Assembly: GCA_963754655.1 (NCBI GenBank)
Contig: CAVWGN010000001.1
Span: forward strand, 2,080,001 to 2,144,000
Direction of reading: 5' to 3'
Length of the DNA: 64,000 nt
Origin: an uncultured Chlamydiae bacterium
GTDB lineage: Bacteria > Chlamydiota > Chlamydiia > Chlamydiales > Parachlamydiaceae
Positions 20,947 through 32,861 of this stretch are shown here, piece by piece. A model generated the notes under the pieces. The model did no database searches. It was given only the letters and a program-made list of their open reading frames with translations, and had not been told where the DNA came from. Position 1 is the first letter of the stretch. Every line of letters begins with the position of its first letter. The translations under genes were made by a program, and so were the position numbers.

Positions 20947-21522
20947 TTATCTTTCTGCAAACCTTTTCAATGGATTGGATTGGACATGTTTAGCTTTGCT
21001 ATGAATCTGTTCCATGACTCTTTCTACTTCTCGTTCAATACCCCAATATTGCTCCGCCACCATTTCAACAGGCGCTCTGCTAGGCAATTTAGCAGGCAAT
21101 CTTCTTAATAAGTATTGTTCAGTCTGATTAATCAAACCTAATTGGTGTTGAAGGCCAGGCATAGCGCGAGCAGAAGCAGCGGCGCGCTTAATACGCTCCT
21201 TGGCCATTTTCCGAATAATTTGACTACTGAAAATATTCAACATCGTTGTCTCATATAGCAGCCAAACCACTAATTGATAATCATTTTTGATAGCCGGCTG
21301 GTCATGAATCACACTCGCCATTTTATTGATTTGTTTATTCACATCGATATTCATTTCATTCGCTTTTTGAATCCATTGGCGAAATGTGAGCGTTAGATCC
21401 TGTTGTTTCCACACTAAATCAGCAAAAGCTTCTTTTTGCAGATTTTGTTTAGAATGAGAAACATCTTGAGAGCTTGAAATCACTGGAATAGCACTAGATC
21501 CGAGGGAGGATTGAACAAACAT
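20947..21522 (-). CDS. Hypothetical helical protein with Ser-rich N-terminus
   Basis: ATG at 21522 preceded by GGAGG. No recognisable domain. Confidence 0.65.
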   Translation of the reverse strand: MFVQSSLGSSAIPVISSSQDVSHSKQNLQKEAFADLVWKQQDLTLTFRQWIQKANEMNIDVNKQINKMASVIHDQPAIKNDYQLVVWLLYETTMLNIFSSQIIRKMAKERIKRAAASARAMPGLQHQLGLINQTEQYLLRRLPAKLPSRAPVEMVAEQYWGIEREVERVMEQIHSKAKHVQSNPLKRFAER

Positions 21523-21731
21523 AAAGCCTCCTAAGTAGGGATGAAAAAGCAACCTCAACTTTACAAAAATCGGTTCTTAAACAAAAAAACCTTTTATAAA
21601 GTTGCGTTGCATTAATCTACACATAGCTCAAAGTTTCTTTTATGAAAATAAGCTCAGCAAAAAAATAAACAATTAATTTCTTGACTTCTTTAAAAAAAAA
21701 GCAAATTTGATTTTGATGAATAAAGACAATC

Positions 21732-21757
21732 AAAAAAAATGGCTCTTAGGAGCCATT
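21732..21757 (-). terminator. Terminator after ftsH
   Basis: atggctc-ctaa-gagccat followed by a T-run on the minus strand. Confidence 0.6.
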
Positions 21758-21801
21758 CATTTTTCTATTCATCGCACCTGCAGTGCGATGAATAGGTGAC
21801 G

Positions 21802-24567
21802 TTAGGAAGAAAGTCCGAGAGAGCTAGATAAAGGACCTTGAGTCGATAATCCAACCTCTTTAGGAGGAGGGGGAGGCGGCGTTCCGGGCGGCTCTTTTTT
21901 ATAAAGATCGGCTGCACGTTTGAGTCTGTCTTTTTTGCGATTAATGTCCCAATTTTTCTTAATGACAATTTCTTGCACATCTTCGCTATCCAAAGTTTCA
22001 AATTCCATGAGCATTTGAGTCATGAGTTCGACTTGAATGCGATATTCAAGAATAATTGCACGTGCTGTTTCATGGGCGTCATCCAAAATTTTTCGTACTT
22101 CGACATCAATAGCTTTAGCCGTTTCATCCGAATAAGGTTTTTCATGATATTCTCCAAAGCTATATCCACCATAGCCCCCATTGTCAGATCGCTCATCGTA
22201 TGCAACAGCACCGAGCTTATCGCTCATCCCCCACTTACAAACCATATTACGAGCTAACTGCGTTGCACGTTCAATGTCTTGTTGAGCTCCACTTGAGACA
22301 TCTTGAACAAAAATCTCTTCAGCAACTCGTCCACCCATCAAGACGGCTAATTGATCATGCAGTTCGTGCTTCCAATAGCTCACGCGATTCTTTTTAGGCA
22401 AAAACATGGTTGCACCAAGTGAAATTCCTCGCGGAATAATGGTGACTTTGTCAATAGGATCCCCACTCTTGACGACAAGACCCACCACAGCATGACCGGA
22501 CTCATGATAAGCGGTTGTTCGCTTTTCATTTTCATCCATTTCCAAGCTGCGTCGCTCTTTTCCATAAAGCACTTTATCGCGTGCTTCAATTGTTTCTTGA
22601 GCTGTTACTGCACTTCTTCCCTTACGGGCTGCCAATAAAGCCGCCTCATTGAGAATATTGGCTAAATCAGCGCCTGATGAACCTGGCGTACTGCGAGCAA
22701 TTGTCATTAAATCAACAGAAGGATCCATTTTAATTTTTCTAGCATGGACTTTAAGAATATCGTAGCGCCCCTTGATATCAGGAAGGCCAATCACGACACG
22801 GCGATCAAAACGTCCAGGCCGCAATAAGGCTTTATCCAAAACATCCGGACGATTAGTGGCAGCCATCAAGATGACTCCCTCATTAGTATCAAATCCATCC
22901 ATTTCAACAAGAAGCTGATTGAGAGTTTGTTCGCGTTCATCATGTCCGCCTCCAATTCCTACACCGCGATGACGACCGACTGCATCGATTTCATCCATAA
23001 AGATAATGCAAGGTGCTGCCTTTTTGGCTTGATCGAATAAGTCGCGAATACGGCTTGCTCCGACACCAACAAACATTTCAACAAAATCTGAACCTGAAAT
23101 AGAGAAGAAAGGACGATCTGCTTCTCCTGCCACTGCTTTTGCAATGAGCGTTTTTCCTGTTCCTGGAGGTCCAATGCAAAGAACACCTTTGGGAATGCGA
23201 CCACCTAGAGTCGTGAATTTTTGAGGACTTTTTAAGAACTCCACAATCTCTTGTAACTCTTCTAAAGCCTCATCCACGCCAGCCACATCCTTGAACGTGA
23301 CTTTATTATCACCTTTATTGAGTAAACGAGCTGGCGACTTGCCAAAATTCATTGCTGTATTGCCCATCCCCTTCATCTGCCGTGCAAAAATGAGATAAAG
23401 AACAAGGATGACGAGCAAGACAGGTATCATCGTGAAAAGGTAGCTAAAATAGTTTGGCGACGTCTCTTCGCTCTTAAATGTCTTTTCTAAAACCTTATTG
23501 AGAGGTTGACCAGGAGCTCTAAAAATCCCGCCTCGGTTGTGATTAAAATTCGTCCACTCCTCTTTTGCTTTGGCAAACCACTGACCATAAACCTCAGGAT
23601 CTTGTTTTTCCAGGGCCCGCGTGGTCAGTTCTTGGTTGTTGAAATACCAAATGACATTGGCAACGGATTGACGGGCTTTATCCAACTGAATTTGATTGTC
23701 TTCAAGACGCGAATGAATTTGGCTATATTCATCTAATGTTTCTTTATAGCTACGAACACTGCGCAATTTACCTAAGCGTACGTGATCCTCTTCCTGATTC
23801 ACCTCTTCGACAACACCCTGAAGGGCATCTAATGCTTTGCCATAAGTGGATAAACGCTGACCTGAGGACACTTGTTGTACGTTGGCCTCTGAAACATCTT
23901 TATCGATAGTTTTTAAATTTTGTTTAATTGTTTCAGAGCCAATTCCTAATGCTGGAGAACGAAAATTCCTCAATAACTCACTTATTCCATTGCCTAAATT
24001 TTTCAAAGCGGTAGGGGAAGGCTCAAGCTGAGCTTGCGTATATTCACGTTGGAGATCAGTTAAACTCTCATGATTGCTTTTTGGAAGAGTTTTGATCACC
24101 ACACTGTTATCTTCATCTAGAGTATTGTAAAAATCATCGACAACAACATAGCCCCCTTTAGACAATTGAATGCCACTGAGCTGTAAAAAGAGCATAGCTG
24201 AATCATAAATTTTTGATTTAAGATTTTTCAATTCAGTCTTGACACGTGTCTGATCTGACTTAAGCTCATGATTCGTATTGAGAAGTTCGAGGTACTTATA
24301 ACGCGTTTTCCCTTCTTCAATGAGTCGATCTTTAAATTTTCCACTAAATGTCACTAAATTGTCATTTAAAGCAATTTTGTGGCTTTCCTCTGGCTGCAGA
24401 AGCTGCAAGTTGACAAGATGTTCCAATTGGTAACTAAATGAAACCTTGGCAAATTTTGTGTCGATAAAGTTTTGCACCATAAGGGCAAACAAAAAAGCGG
24501 CCATTAGGAACCAAACAAAGCTGTTTGACATTCCCTTCTTAAAGTCTTGTTTATTGTCGTCTGGCAT
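21802..24567 (-). CDS. ftsH: ATP-dependent zinc metalloprotease FtsH (long periplasmic domain)
   Basis: [22 protein letters not shown] and HESGH motifs. Two TM segments. Confidence 0.98.
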   Translation of the reverse strand: MPDDNKQDFKKGMSNSFVWFLMAAFLFALMVQNFIDTKFAKVSFSYQLEHLVNLQLLQPEESHKIALNDNLVTFSGKFKDRLIEEGKTRYKYLELLNTNHELKSDQTRVKTELKNLKSKIYDSAMLFLQLSGIQLSKGGYVVVDDFYNTLDEDNSVVIKTLPKSNHESLTDLQREYTQAQLEPSPTALKNLGNGISELLRNFRSPALGIGSETIKQNLKTIDKDVSEANVQQVSSGQRLSTYGKALDALQGVVEEVNQEEDHVRLGKLRSVRSYKETLDEYSQIHSRLEDNQIQLDKARQSVANVIWYFNNQELTTRALEKQDPEVYGQWFAKAKEEWTNFNHNRGGIFRAPGQPLNKVLEKTFKSEETSPNYFSYLFTMIPVLLVILVLYLIFARQMKGMGNTAMNFGKSPARLLNKGDNKVTFKDVAGVDEALEELQEIVEFLKSPQKFTTLGGRIPKGVLCIGPPGTGKTLIAKAVAGEADRPFFSISGSDFVEMFVGVGASRIRDLFDQAKKAAPCIIFMDEIDAVGRHRGVGIGGGHDEREQTLNQLLVEMDGFDTNEGVILMAATNRPDVLDKALLRPGRFDRRVVIGLPDIKGRYDILKVHARKIKMDPSVDLMTIARSTPGSSGADLANILNEAALLAARKGRSAVTAQETIEARDKVLYGKERRSLEMDENEKRTTAYHESGHAVVGLVVKSGDPIDKVTIIPRGISLGATMFLPKKNRVSYWKHELHDQLAVLMGGRVAEEIFVQDVSSGAQQDIERATQLARNMVCKWGMSDKLGAVAYDERSDNGGYGGYSFGEYHEKPYSDETAKAIDVEVRKILDDAHETARAIILEYRIQVELMTQMLMEFETLDSEDVQEIVIKKNWDINRKKDRLKRAADLYKKEPPGTPPPPPPKEVGLSTQGPLSSSLGLSS

Positions 24568-24896
24568 ATATTCCTAAAATTCGATTTAACAAATTTCTCT
24601 ATCCATTAAATATAAGACCATAGAGAAAGAAAGTCTCTTGTACTCTGTCAAATTAGTTTTTTGCCTATGAGACTGAATACTAGCGGAGAAAATAATCTCA
24701 AAGTTAGTCCATTAAAATAGTGGAATAGGTTCAATATTGATTGATTGATTCTATCACACAGAATATTCATTTTCAACTATTACTCCGCTTCATTCTTAAA
24801 TTTGAGCTTAAAATGATTGATAAGGTATAAAATCTTTAATTTAGCAAACTTTACATTCTTAGTAAAATATATTTTGATTTTTTTTAAATTTTTCCT

Positions 24897-26228
24897 TCAA
24901 AAATAAGTCAGCTCAATTTTCCAACATGGACTCCCTTCAGTCCAAGCAATTAAAGGCCTACCTGTCAAGAATTCATGATAAATTTTGTTTTCCTCTCTAA
25001 CCAAAGGAAAATGCTCATAGAGAAAAGCGGGCACTTTGGCTTGGCTCCAACGTTTTTTTATTCCAGCATTCAAAGCAGATGGATAGGAGAAATCGATGAA
25101 ATAATTTCCAATAGGTAAGTAAGCCGTTATCCTTCCTGTCCATCCTTCTTTCCAAGAAGTTGCACAACAGCTAGAATCATAAATATCTTGAGAGACATTG
25201 ATCTTCCAAGGGCCTAGTAACTCCCGACCTAAATCAATTTTCAAAGAATGTTTCTCTTTAACCTTAGAGGACAAATGAGTCATAAAAATGCGTTGCCGAT
25301 CAATCCAAACTTGATTGGATCCCATTGCAAACAATTGATTAGCTGTACCGGATTGTAAAGCTTCTGCTGCTTGCTCAATGATGGGACGTGAAAGGAACAA
25401 GCCTTGCTTTTGGCATAAAAGGCGGATCAGATATTTTACCTCCAACCGACTAGCAGGCATCAAATTTTGTAAATCGAGGCACATTCCCCAAGGACCTTGA
25501 ATGATACCTTCAAAAAGGTAAGAGAGCCTTGCTTCGAAGTAAGTGACTAATTCTTGCGCTTCTTTTCCCACTTCAATGAGACTTTTTTGTACCTGCTTGC
25601 CAAATTCTCGATTCAAACGGGGAAAGATTGTCTCACGCAAACGAGCGCGCAAAAATTGAACATTTTGATTGGTCGGATCTTCAAAAGCCTGGACACCTGC
25701 TTGGGTTAAGCTCTCTTGAATTTCCTTTTTAGCGACGCCTAGCAAGGGACGTAAAATACGTGTCTCTTCTATCAAGGTTTCTGCCTTGAGGCCTATCCAA
25801 CGAGACCAATGAGCACCTTCTAATAGGCGCTTGAAAATTGTTTCGGCTTGATCGTCTTGATGATGACCCGTCAAAACAGCTTGAAAAGAGAATTGTTGAC
25901 AAAGGAGAGCAAAAAAAGCATAACGTTCGTGCCGACATGCTTCTTCCAGATTACCTTTAAGATAAGTAGGATCTAAAATTTTTAAATGAAAAGAAACTTG
26001 ATGCTGCAAAGCGAGTTGCTGCAAAATTTGAGCCTCTAAATCACTCTCCGGTCTCCACCTATGATTGACATGTGCAACGTGAAATGGCGTTCCATGACGT
26101 TCTCGAAAGGCAAGAAGAGCATAAAATAAACATAATGAATCAGGCCCTCCTGATAAAGCTAATAAAAATGGAGAAGAGGTCGGGCAAAGTGTTAACAAAA
26201 AGGCTTCGACACGCTTAAAAATTGTCAT
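24897..26228 (-). CDS. tilS: tRNA(Ile)-lysidine synthase
   Basis: SGGPDS PP-loop, HHQDDQAET and RPLL motifs. Upstream of ftsH. Confidence 0.95.
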   Translation of the reverse strand: MTIFKRVEAFLLTLCPTSSPFLLALSGGPDSLCLFYALLAFRERHGTPFHVAHVNHRWRPESDLEAQILQQLALQHQVSFHLKILDPTYLKGNLEEACRHERYAFFALLCQQFSFQAVLTGHHQDDQAETIFKRLLEGAHWSRWIGLKAETLIEETRILRPLLGVAKKEIQESLTQAGVQAFEDPTNQNVQFLRARLRETIFPRLNREFGKQVQKSLIEVGKEAQELVTYFEARLSYLFEGIIQGPWGMCLDLQNLMPASRLEVKYLIRLLCQKQGLFLSRPIIEQAAEALQSGTANQLFAMGSNQVWIDRQRIFMTHLSSKVKEKHSLKIDLGRELLGPWKINVSQDIYDSSCCATSWKEGWTGRITAYLPIGNYFIDFSYPSALNAGIKKRWSQAKVPAFLYEHFPLVREENKIYHEFLTGRPLIAWTEGSPCWKIELTYF

Positions 26229-26230
26229 GA

Positions 26231-26626
26231 TTAAAAATTATAATAAAACTGATAAAATGTGTATAAAATGACAAATAATAATACCAAAAACCATAGGAGA
26301 AATTGATAAGGAAAAGGATCTTGCTGCAATGTCAATATTGCTTGAGTTGGCCGATTCACCTCACTTTCTAATTTTTTGCCTTTTTCTGGATCATGAAGAG
26401 CTTTTGGCTCTGGCTCATCTTTGAAAATGTCTTGCATTTCGGGCACAAAGCGAGCTTTTACCCATTCTTGGAAACCTTTTTTCCAAACAAGACTATCGGG
26501 ATTAAATTGCGGATTGCGTTTAAGTTCTGCTAAACTATAGGGACCTACTTGCTGATGCTCAACAATGATAAACCATTCCTGAACATTTTCCCTACCGATG
26601 TTTTTTTCCGTTTTGGATTGAGACAT
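26231..26626 (-). CDS. GYF_2/DUF4339-like membrane-anchored protein
   Basis: WF....QQVGPYSLAEL.....DSLVWKKGFQEW, plus a C-terminal TM helix. Confidence 0.75.
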   Translation of the reverse strand: MSQSKTEKNIGRENVQEWFIIVEHQQVGPYSLAELKRNPQFNPDSLVWKKGFQEWVKARFVPEMQDIFKDEPEPKALHDPEKGKKLESEVNRPTQAILTLQQDPFPYQFLLWFLVLLFVILYTFYQFYYNF

Positions 26627-26769
26627 GCATGTATCCTGGTAGAAAGGTCATCTATCATTTTTCATTTAAAAAATTAATGTTGATTGTATCAAATTCAACC
26701 ATTATTTACTCTATATTATCCTACATTAAAGATTTTAATTTATCACTTCTCTTTTTAGATGCAGGTCAT

Positions 26770-27918
26770 ATGCCAATCTTATGGCGCTATCTCATGAACT
26801 ATTTTCTTAAAATTGTCATGGCCTGTGTGGTGGCTTTTGTAGCTATTTTGCTTACCATGCGTCTTGATGAAATTGCGCATTTTGCTACACTAGGAGCTCC
26901 CTTAACCTATCTTTTAATCTTTACGCTTCATCAGATTCCTTATATCCTGCCTATCGCTCTTCCCCTTTCCTGCTTAATAGCCTCAATGCTTCTTATTCAG
27001 CGTTTGTCGAATGCGCAGGAACTCACAGCATTGAGAGCGAGCGGATTTTCCCTTTTCAATATTTTGGCCCCTATTTGGATAACCGCTGCTTTCTTATCAG
27101 TTGGAAATTTTTTAATCACATCAGAAATTGCGACGCAATCTCATTTTCAAACCAACCTCTTGAAGAGCGAGCTTCGATCCATTAATCCTCTTTTGCTTCT
27201 TCATAATAAACACTTAATGCGTTTAAAGGGGTTTTACTTTGAAGCGTTAGGAGCTTCTCGCGTAGGTGAATCGGGCTCGGATGTCGTCTTAGCTCTTCCT
27301 AATCGGCATCATCAGAGACTGAATTTAATGATTGCACAACATTTGAAAGCAACTCCAACGCTTTTTATTGGAAATGGAGTCACGCTGGTGACAAGCTTGG
27401 CTAGCGAACAAGAAGAGGATTTTGATCAATTATTAATTGAGAATATGAAGCAATCTCTGACTGAAGTGAAAGATTTTTCTAATTTTTTACAAAAAAAAGT
27501 GTGGGTCATTAATAATGATTATCTCCAAATCCCTCTGCTGCTGGCTCGTATTCAAGAACAGCGTCAACTTTTACAACAGGCTGAGTTCAAAGAAGAAAAT
27601 AAAAGCGAAATCAAGTCCTTAAAAACCCAACTTAATCGCAGTTTATCGGAAATCACGAAGCGTTTTTCTATCGCTATTGCCGTTTTTAGTTTTACTTTAA
27701 TGGGAACAGCTTTTGGCATTAATATTAGTCGCAAGCGGCATTATTATTCCCTTTATTTAGCCATTGCTCTGACGACTGTTTATTTGATTGCATTTTTTGT
27801 CGCCCGAGGGATAGACCATCAATGGTGGCTTGCCGCCGCTCTCTATCTCACTCCGCACCTCTTTATCATGTGTGCTTCCATTATCGTTCTAGGACGTATT
27901 GCAAAAGGAATTGAATGA
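26770..27918 (+). CDS. lptF: LptF/LptG-family permease
   Basis: MPILWRYL start, ELTALRASGFS motif, multiple TMs. Paired with the next gene. Confidence 0.8.
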   Translation: MPILWRYLMNYFLKIVMACVVAFVAILLTMRLDEIAHFATLGAPLTYLLIFTLHQIPYILPIALPLSCLIASMLLIQRLSNAQELTALRASGFSLFNILAPIWITAAFLSVGNFLITSEIATQSHFQTNLLKSELRSINPLLLLHNKHLMRLKGFYFEALGASRVGESGSDVVLALPNRHHQRLNLMIAQHLKATPTLFIGNGVTLVTSLASEQEEDFDQLLIENMKQSLTEVKDFSNFLQKKVWVINNDYLQIPLLLARIQEQRQLLQQAEFKEENKSEIKSLKTQLNRSLSEITKRFSIAIAVFSFTLMGTAFGINISRKRHYYSLYLAIALTTVYLIAFFVARGIDHQWWLAAALYLTPHLFIMCASIIVLGRIAKGIE

Positions 27919-29006
27919 TGTTTATGACGATCTGGGAGCGTTATTTTTTGCGGCAATTTATTCGCATGTTTTTCCTTTTTCTTTTTGGTTTCTACGGCCT
28001 TTATGTGTTAATTGACTATGCTAGCCACACAAGCACTTTTGCCCACCACCACATTCAAATCCAATGGCAAGAAATGGCGCGTTATTATTTCTTTGTTTTT
28101 GCCAGCCGAGCAGAAATTTTGCTGCCGCTAGCCTTATTGATTGCATTTGTTCATACTTGTTGTACGCTTAATTCCCATCAAGAACTGGTGGCTTTTATGG
28201 CAAGCGGATTTTCGCTTAAAGTCTTGATGAGGCCCTTTATGATACTAGGATTGCTATGCGTATTGCTCATGTATGCAAATGAACAATTGATCTTACCCAA
28301 AGCCCTTCAAAAATTAAGGCATATGGAAGATGCCACTAAACATAAGAAAAACCGCAATACCTCTTTACTGACTGCTCATCATCTCATTTTAGAAGATCGT
28401 TCTTTATTGATTTTTCAAGATTATGATACAACCACAGAACGCTTTTTTGATGTCTATTGGATTCAATCCATTGATAGCATTTATCGCATTAAATATCTTT
28501 CCCCTGTTATCCCAAATCCCATTGGGTATTTTGTCGATCACATGGTGCGGCAAAAAAACGGGGAACTTTTGCAAGCCGCTGCCTATCCAGAATTAAGTTT
28601 TCCTAACATGGAATTTAATTCAGATCTTCTTCAATCTACCATTATGGATCCTGATATTTTTTCTTTATCAGAGCTCGCTGCTCAAGGGCTTGAAGTCTCA
28701 TCCAATTTAAGTGAGAAAGAGAGCAAAATCCTCACAGCGTTTTATTGGAAGCTCATGATGCCTTGGCTCTGCTTATTAGCCATTATTGCTCCTGCTCCAT
28801 TTTGTGTCAGATTCTCTAGGCAGCCTCCCCTTTTCCTTATTTACGTATGCAGTTTATTCGGATTAATTGCCTTTTATATGTTCATGGATGCCGCTCAAGT
28901 AGTGGCTAAACGACAAGTCATTCCTTCCCTTTGGGCGATTTGCGGCCCCTTTTTGATAACATTTGCCTATTTTGGCTGGCGTTTTAAAAGAATGAAATCT
29001 GCTTAA
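27915..29006 (+). CDS. lptG: LptF/LptG-family permease
   Basis: IWERYFLR start, ELVAFMASGFS motif, multiple TMs. Confidence 0.78.
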   Translation: MMFMTIWERYFLRQFIRMFFLFLFGFYGLYVLIDYASHTSTFAHHHIQIQWQEMARYYFFVFASRAEILLPLALLIAFVHTCCTLNSHQELVAFMASGFSLKVLMRPFMILGLLCVLLMYANEQLILPKALQKLRHMEDATKHKKNRNTSLLTAHHLILEDRSLLIFQDYDTTTERFFDVYWIQSIDSIYRIKYLSPVIPNPIGYFVDHMVRQKNGELLQAAAYPELSFPNMEFNSDLLQSTIMDPDIFSLSELAAQGLEVSSNLSEKESKILTAFYWKLMMPWLCLLAIIAPAPFCVRFSRQPPLFLIYVCSLFGLIAFYMFMDAAQVVAKRQVIPSLWAICGPFLITFAYFGWRFKRMKSA

Positions 29007-29098
29007 TTTTTTAACTAATAAAAGCTGTCAATAGCCAAATGATTCATACCTGAAAAGCTTTAGCAACTCAAAATCAATCAAGTATTCCAGCGCCATTT

Positions 29099-29419
29099 AG
29101 GGTGATTAAATCTGGGAGTTTATATTTTTTAGCAGATCGATACGAAATGGTAGGGCGGCGGTAGCCGCTTTCAGTGGGAAGCCCCGTATGAAGCGAGCTT
29201 GCGAGTGGAATGCGGGATGAGCATCAATAAAATATAAACCGCGGAAGCGGTGTGAGTGATCTTACGCTGCTTCCGCAGCTCAATGCTATCTTGCCTACAC
29301 CCCGCATTCCACTCGCAAGCTCGCTTCATACGGGGCTTCCCACTGAAAGCGGCTACCGCCGCCCTACCATTTCGTATCGATCTGCTAAAAATATAAACTC
29401 CCAGAGTTAATTACACCCG
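29099..29419. mobile_element. Non-autonomous fold-back element B, copy 1, with 8-bp flanking direct repeat cgccattt
   Basis: Arms 29111-29216 and 29301-29405 with an inner hairpin. cgccattt at 29091-29098 and 29420-29427. Second copy at 44419. Confidence 0.85.
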
Positions 29420-29524
29420 CGCCATTTTGCTACATCAGATTTAGGTAGACAAAATATAAAAATTACTTTAATTAAGACAACCAATGATTTGAATTCCTTA
29501 ATTTATAAGAGAGAGGACTAATTT

Positions 29525-30574
29525 ATGAGCAAAATGTTCTTCATGGGCAAAATGTTATTGTCATTGCATATTTTGATGCTGCCTATACTTCTAACAGCCG
29601 TTCCAGAAATGAATGGTAGTGAAGGCAAAGTTCATCCGGAGCTTTTAACAGAAAATGTGAAAATTAACAATAGAGACCCATTGTCTGATGCTTTGATAAC
29701 TGGCTGTAAAGCTCCAAAACTGTGTCGTCGCGGGGCAACAGGAGCCACAGGAGCTACAGGTGCAACAGGAGCTACAGGATCAACAGGATCAACAGGAGCT
29801 ACAGGATCAACAGGATCAACAGGAGCAACAGGTGCAACAGGATCAACAGGGCCAACAGGTAGTTGCAGTGGTTGCAATAGTGGATGCCTTGTAGGGGAAG
29901 TAACGACCTTTTTTAGCCCCTCTGGAGCTACTGGCTGCATTGGAACGACTGAAACTTTCGGAGTGTCCCCCTCCGTAGCAGTAACAGCCTATAACAAACC
30001 CAGTCTTAGTCAGCCTTCTGGTGGACTTTTGAATTTATATAACAAGAATGACATGTTTGGAGAACAAGGAGTTGGCATTTGTGGTAGTGGTCCTGACAAT
30101 GAGATTAGCGCATTTAATTTCATCCAAATCGATCTCTCAAACCTTCAGACAATGACACCTCCTCCCAGTATGATTGATCTCACGATCCAAAGTATTCAAA
30201 ATAATGAGGGATTTGCTGTCTATAGTACCAATACAGCAGGCCAGTTGGGTACAACGCTAGTTGCCCAAGGTGCGAATCCACCTGGCGCTGTCGTTCAAAC
30301 GGTTCCCATCTCATTTGTTAATGCATCAGGTAATATCGTGATTCCGAATTACCTCAGCGTTACTGCGAATGCGGGAGACGTTTTATTGAGCAGCGTATCA
30401 ATCCCTAAGTGCGATACAATCAATGCACCTCTTATACTTGTTGTCCCCAGTAATATCGGCATGACTTCTAATATTGCTGGTAGCTTTATCGGACAAATTG
30501 CCTTCTTCCAAAATCCTGGCCTAATAGGGTTATGGGTTTGGAATGGATCGCAATGGCTGCAGGCGACTCCTTAA
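29525..30574 (+). CDS. Secreted collagen-like (G-X-T repeat) protein
   Basis: Signal-peptide-like N-terminus. 14 G(A/S/P)T triplets at 29732-29857, flanked by Cys clusters. Beta-rich C-terminal domain. Confidence 0.85.
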   Translation: MSKMFFMGKMLLSLHILMLPILLTAVPEMNGSEGKVHPELLTENVKINNRDPLSDALITGCKAPKLCRRGATGATGATGATGATGSTGSTGATGSTGSTGATGATGSTGPTGSCSGCNSGCLVGEVTTFFSPSGATGCIGTTETFGVSPSVAVTAYNKPSLSQPSGGLLNLYNKNDMFGEQGVGICGSGPDNEISAFNFIQIDLSNLQTMTPPPSMIDLTIQSIQNNEGFAVYSTNTAGQLGTTLVAQGANPPGAVVQTVPISFVNASGNIVIPNYLSVTANAGDVLLSSVSIPKCDTINAPLILVVPSNIGMTSNIAGSFIGQIAFFQNPGLIGLWVWNGSQWLQATP

Positions 30575-30654
30575 TGATGCTGTTTTCTGAGGATCTGCGA
30601 CAGCTTAATGGGACATTCGCTGTCTTTTCAAACTTTTGATGACGGATTGTCTCT

Positions 30655-31322
30655 CTAGTCCAAGATGTCAATTCAATTGATATCTTGGACTAGTACTCAA
30701 CCACATTAGTTTTGCGTATTGGGATTGCTTCAAAGCCCGAGGTTGGGATGAGATGATTCTCTTGTAGTCCTTCAGACTACATGACGAGGGCTAATCTAAC
30801 CCAGAGCTAGGGTGTTCATTTTGTGCAAAAAATGAGCTTTATTTTTCACAATAATTGGCATAGTTGAATTGAAGGTCGCATGTTTATGCCGTCCTTTCAG
30901 GACTCGATGTCTTTTTGATAGAACCCAGGCCTCCGCTTCGCTGCGACCTGGGCTGTAACATGACGGCCCTTCAGGCCTTAACAAAAAGATGATTTAGGGA
31001 GATTATAGAAGAGGGACTTAAACATCTCTTGTTAAGGCCTGAAGGGCCGTCATGTTACAGCCCAGGTCGCAGCGAAGCGGAGGCCTGGGTTCTATCAAAA
31101 AGACATCGAGTCCTGAAAAGACGGCATAAACATGCGACCTTCAATTCAACTATGCCAATTATTGTGAAAAATAAAGCTCATTTTTTGCACAAAATGAACA
31201 CCCTAGCTCTGGGTTAGATTAGCCCTCGTCATGTAGTCTGAAGGACTACAAGAGAATCATCTCATCCCAACCTCGGGCTTTAGCGGTTCCAATGGGCTAA
31301 AACTAATATGGTTGAGTACTAG
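30655..31322. repeat. Nested ~630-bp palindrome containing element A
   Basis: 253-bp arms 30732-30984 and 31029-31281 (one mismatch seen), 44-bp spacer. Outer imperfect arms ctagtactcaacca.../...tggttgagtactag (30690-31322). Adjacent IR at 30655-30693. Confidence 0.95.
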
Positions 31323-31361
31323 GATAAAATCCATTAGGCAAGCGCAATGCCTGCCATAGAA

Positions 31362-32729
31362 TTAATGAAGCTCAACTAAAGAAGCATTTTTCTCCCAAGC
31401 CCTACTATAGAATCGCCAAGTATAAAGGACAGCAGCAAGTAAGGTATACAGGGAGCATATTCCAAGCGCCGTTTCAATTGAACCTTCTTGCCGTACAACA
31501 ACGATATAAACCGGAATAACCATAAACAACCAAATTGAGCAGCTGCCGCCAATTAAAAGAAAAAGGGTATCAGCTGCTGCATTTAAAGCTCCACTGATCA
31601 CAAGGCGAATTCCCTCAAAATATTTATAAATGACAGCATTTCCTAATCCAAAGATGAGAGAGGAAACGAGAAGAGCTTGCTCAGATGCGGTTGCAGAATC
31701 GAGAAACCAATCAATGATGAATTGATGCATCCCCCACAATAAAAGTGCGAAACAAACAGCAAAGCAAGTCATCAAAATAAAACCTGAACGGACCAATTTA
31801 AACAGAACGTCAGGACGTTTGCCTCCTAACGCATTGCCCGCAAGTGTTGCAATAGCCCGTGAAAGTCCCTCACCAAAAAAGTTGAATAAAATGAGAATAT
31901 TTTGAACAATTCCCGCAACCGTTAAATGATTTTTACCCAAGGTAGCCATCATTTTGTAGAAGATAGCCCAGCCTGCAACCTCTAAGAGACTAAAAAAGGC
32001 ACTTGGCAAACCGACCCGAATGCATTTTTTTAAAAGCGCTGGATTCCATTTCCATTCACTTGTCCCGAATGCTTCGCGATTCGAGCGTTTAAAGAAAGCA
32101 CAAGATAAAATGAGGACTTGCCCAATGACCGCAGTATTAGTTGCAATGGCTGCTCCTGTCACTCCCCATGCTGGAAAAACCCCTTCCCATCCAAATACAA
32201 AAAGATAACATAAAATACTATTGATGATGTTTCCTATCACCACTGCAACGGTTGTAATGATTGTTTTTCCTTGTCCAATGAAAAAGCCACATAAAGCGGT
32301 GAATAAGCCATGGCTAGGCCCAAACAGTAGCATCCAGAAAAAATAGGCGCGCTGCATTTCGAAAGATTCATCTGTTCCAAAAAAAATCGTGGGTCCCCAT
32401 AAGGCAATTGGACAAAAAATTAAAACAGACAAGAGGCCTAACCATATCATTTGCCAGACAGGATGCCCTAAAAGATGCCGCTGCCCTGCACCATTATTTT
32501 GCGCAACAAAGATTTGCGTCACACTAGCTAAGGAACTCCAGCCAACCAGAAAGACCCAGCCTAAATTGGTGGCTTCTACAGCTGCGTTATGTGCCTCTAA
32601 GGTAAAACGCGCTAAAACCAAGCGGTCAACAAATAACATGGCCATGCCAGAAAGCGAACTCATAATCAATGGAAGTGCAATTATCCATAACTGCCGTACA
32701 CTTCCTTCAGCATAACGATTCAATGTCAT
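31362..32729 (-). CDS. MATE-family efflux transporter
   Basis: About 12 TMs. LWIIALPLI..., VAQNNGA and GVTGAAIAT motifs. Confidence 0.9.
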   Translation of the reverse strand: MTLNRYAEGSVRQLWIIALPLIMSSLSGMAMLFVDRLVLARFTLEAHNAAVEATNLGWVFLVGWSSLASVTQIFVAQNNGAGQRHLLGHPVWQMIWLGLLSVLIFCPIALWGPTIFFGTDESFEMQRAYFFWMLLFGPSHGLFTALCGFFIGQGKTIITTVAVVIGNIINSILCYLFVFGWEGVFPAWGVTGAAIATNTAVIGQVLILSCAFFKRSNREAFGTSEWKWNPALLKKCIRVGLPSAFFSLLEVAGWAIFYKMMATLGKNHLTVAGIVQNILILFNFFGEGLSRAIATLAGNALGGKRPDVLFKLVRSGFILMTCFAVCFALLLWGMHQFIIDWFLDSATASEQALLVSSLIFGLGNAVIYKYFEGIRLVISGALNAAADTLFLLIGGSCSIWLFMVIPVYIVVVRQEGSIETALGICSLYTLLAAVLYTWRFYSRAWEKNASLVELH

Positions 32730-32861
32730 TTTAACCCCATTTAATATAGTTATTAATATTAATTTCCTATGCTAATTTTATTATATTTTATTATTAAAAT
32801 CAATAAATTATTTAACAAATATGTTACACCTAGATAAAATCAAAATTAGAAATATTGGCTT

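Noticed and set aside
29632..29940. Pro/Val-repeat ORF (PVAPVDPV)
   Set aside because: It is the antisense shadow of the collagen repeat.
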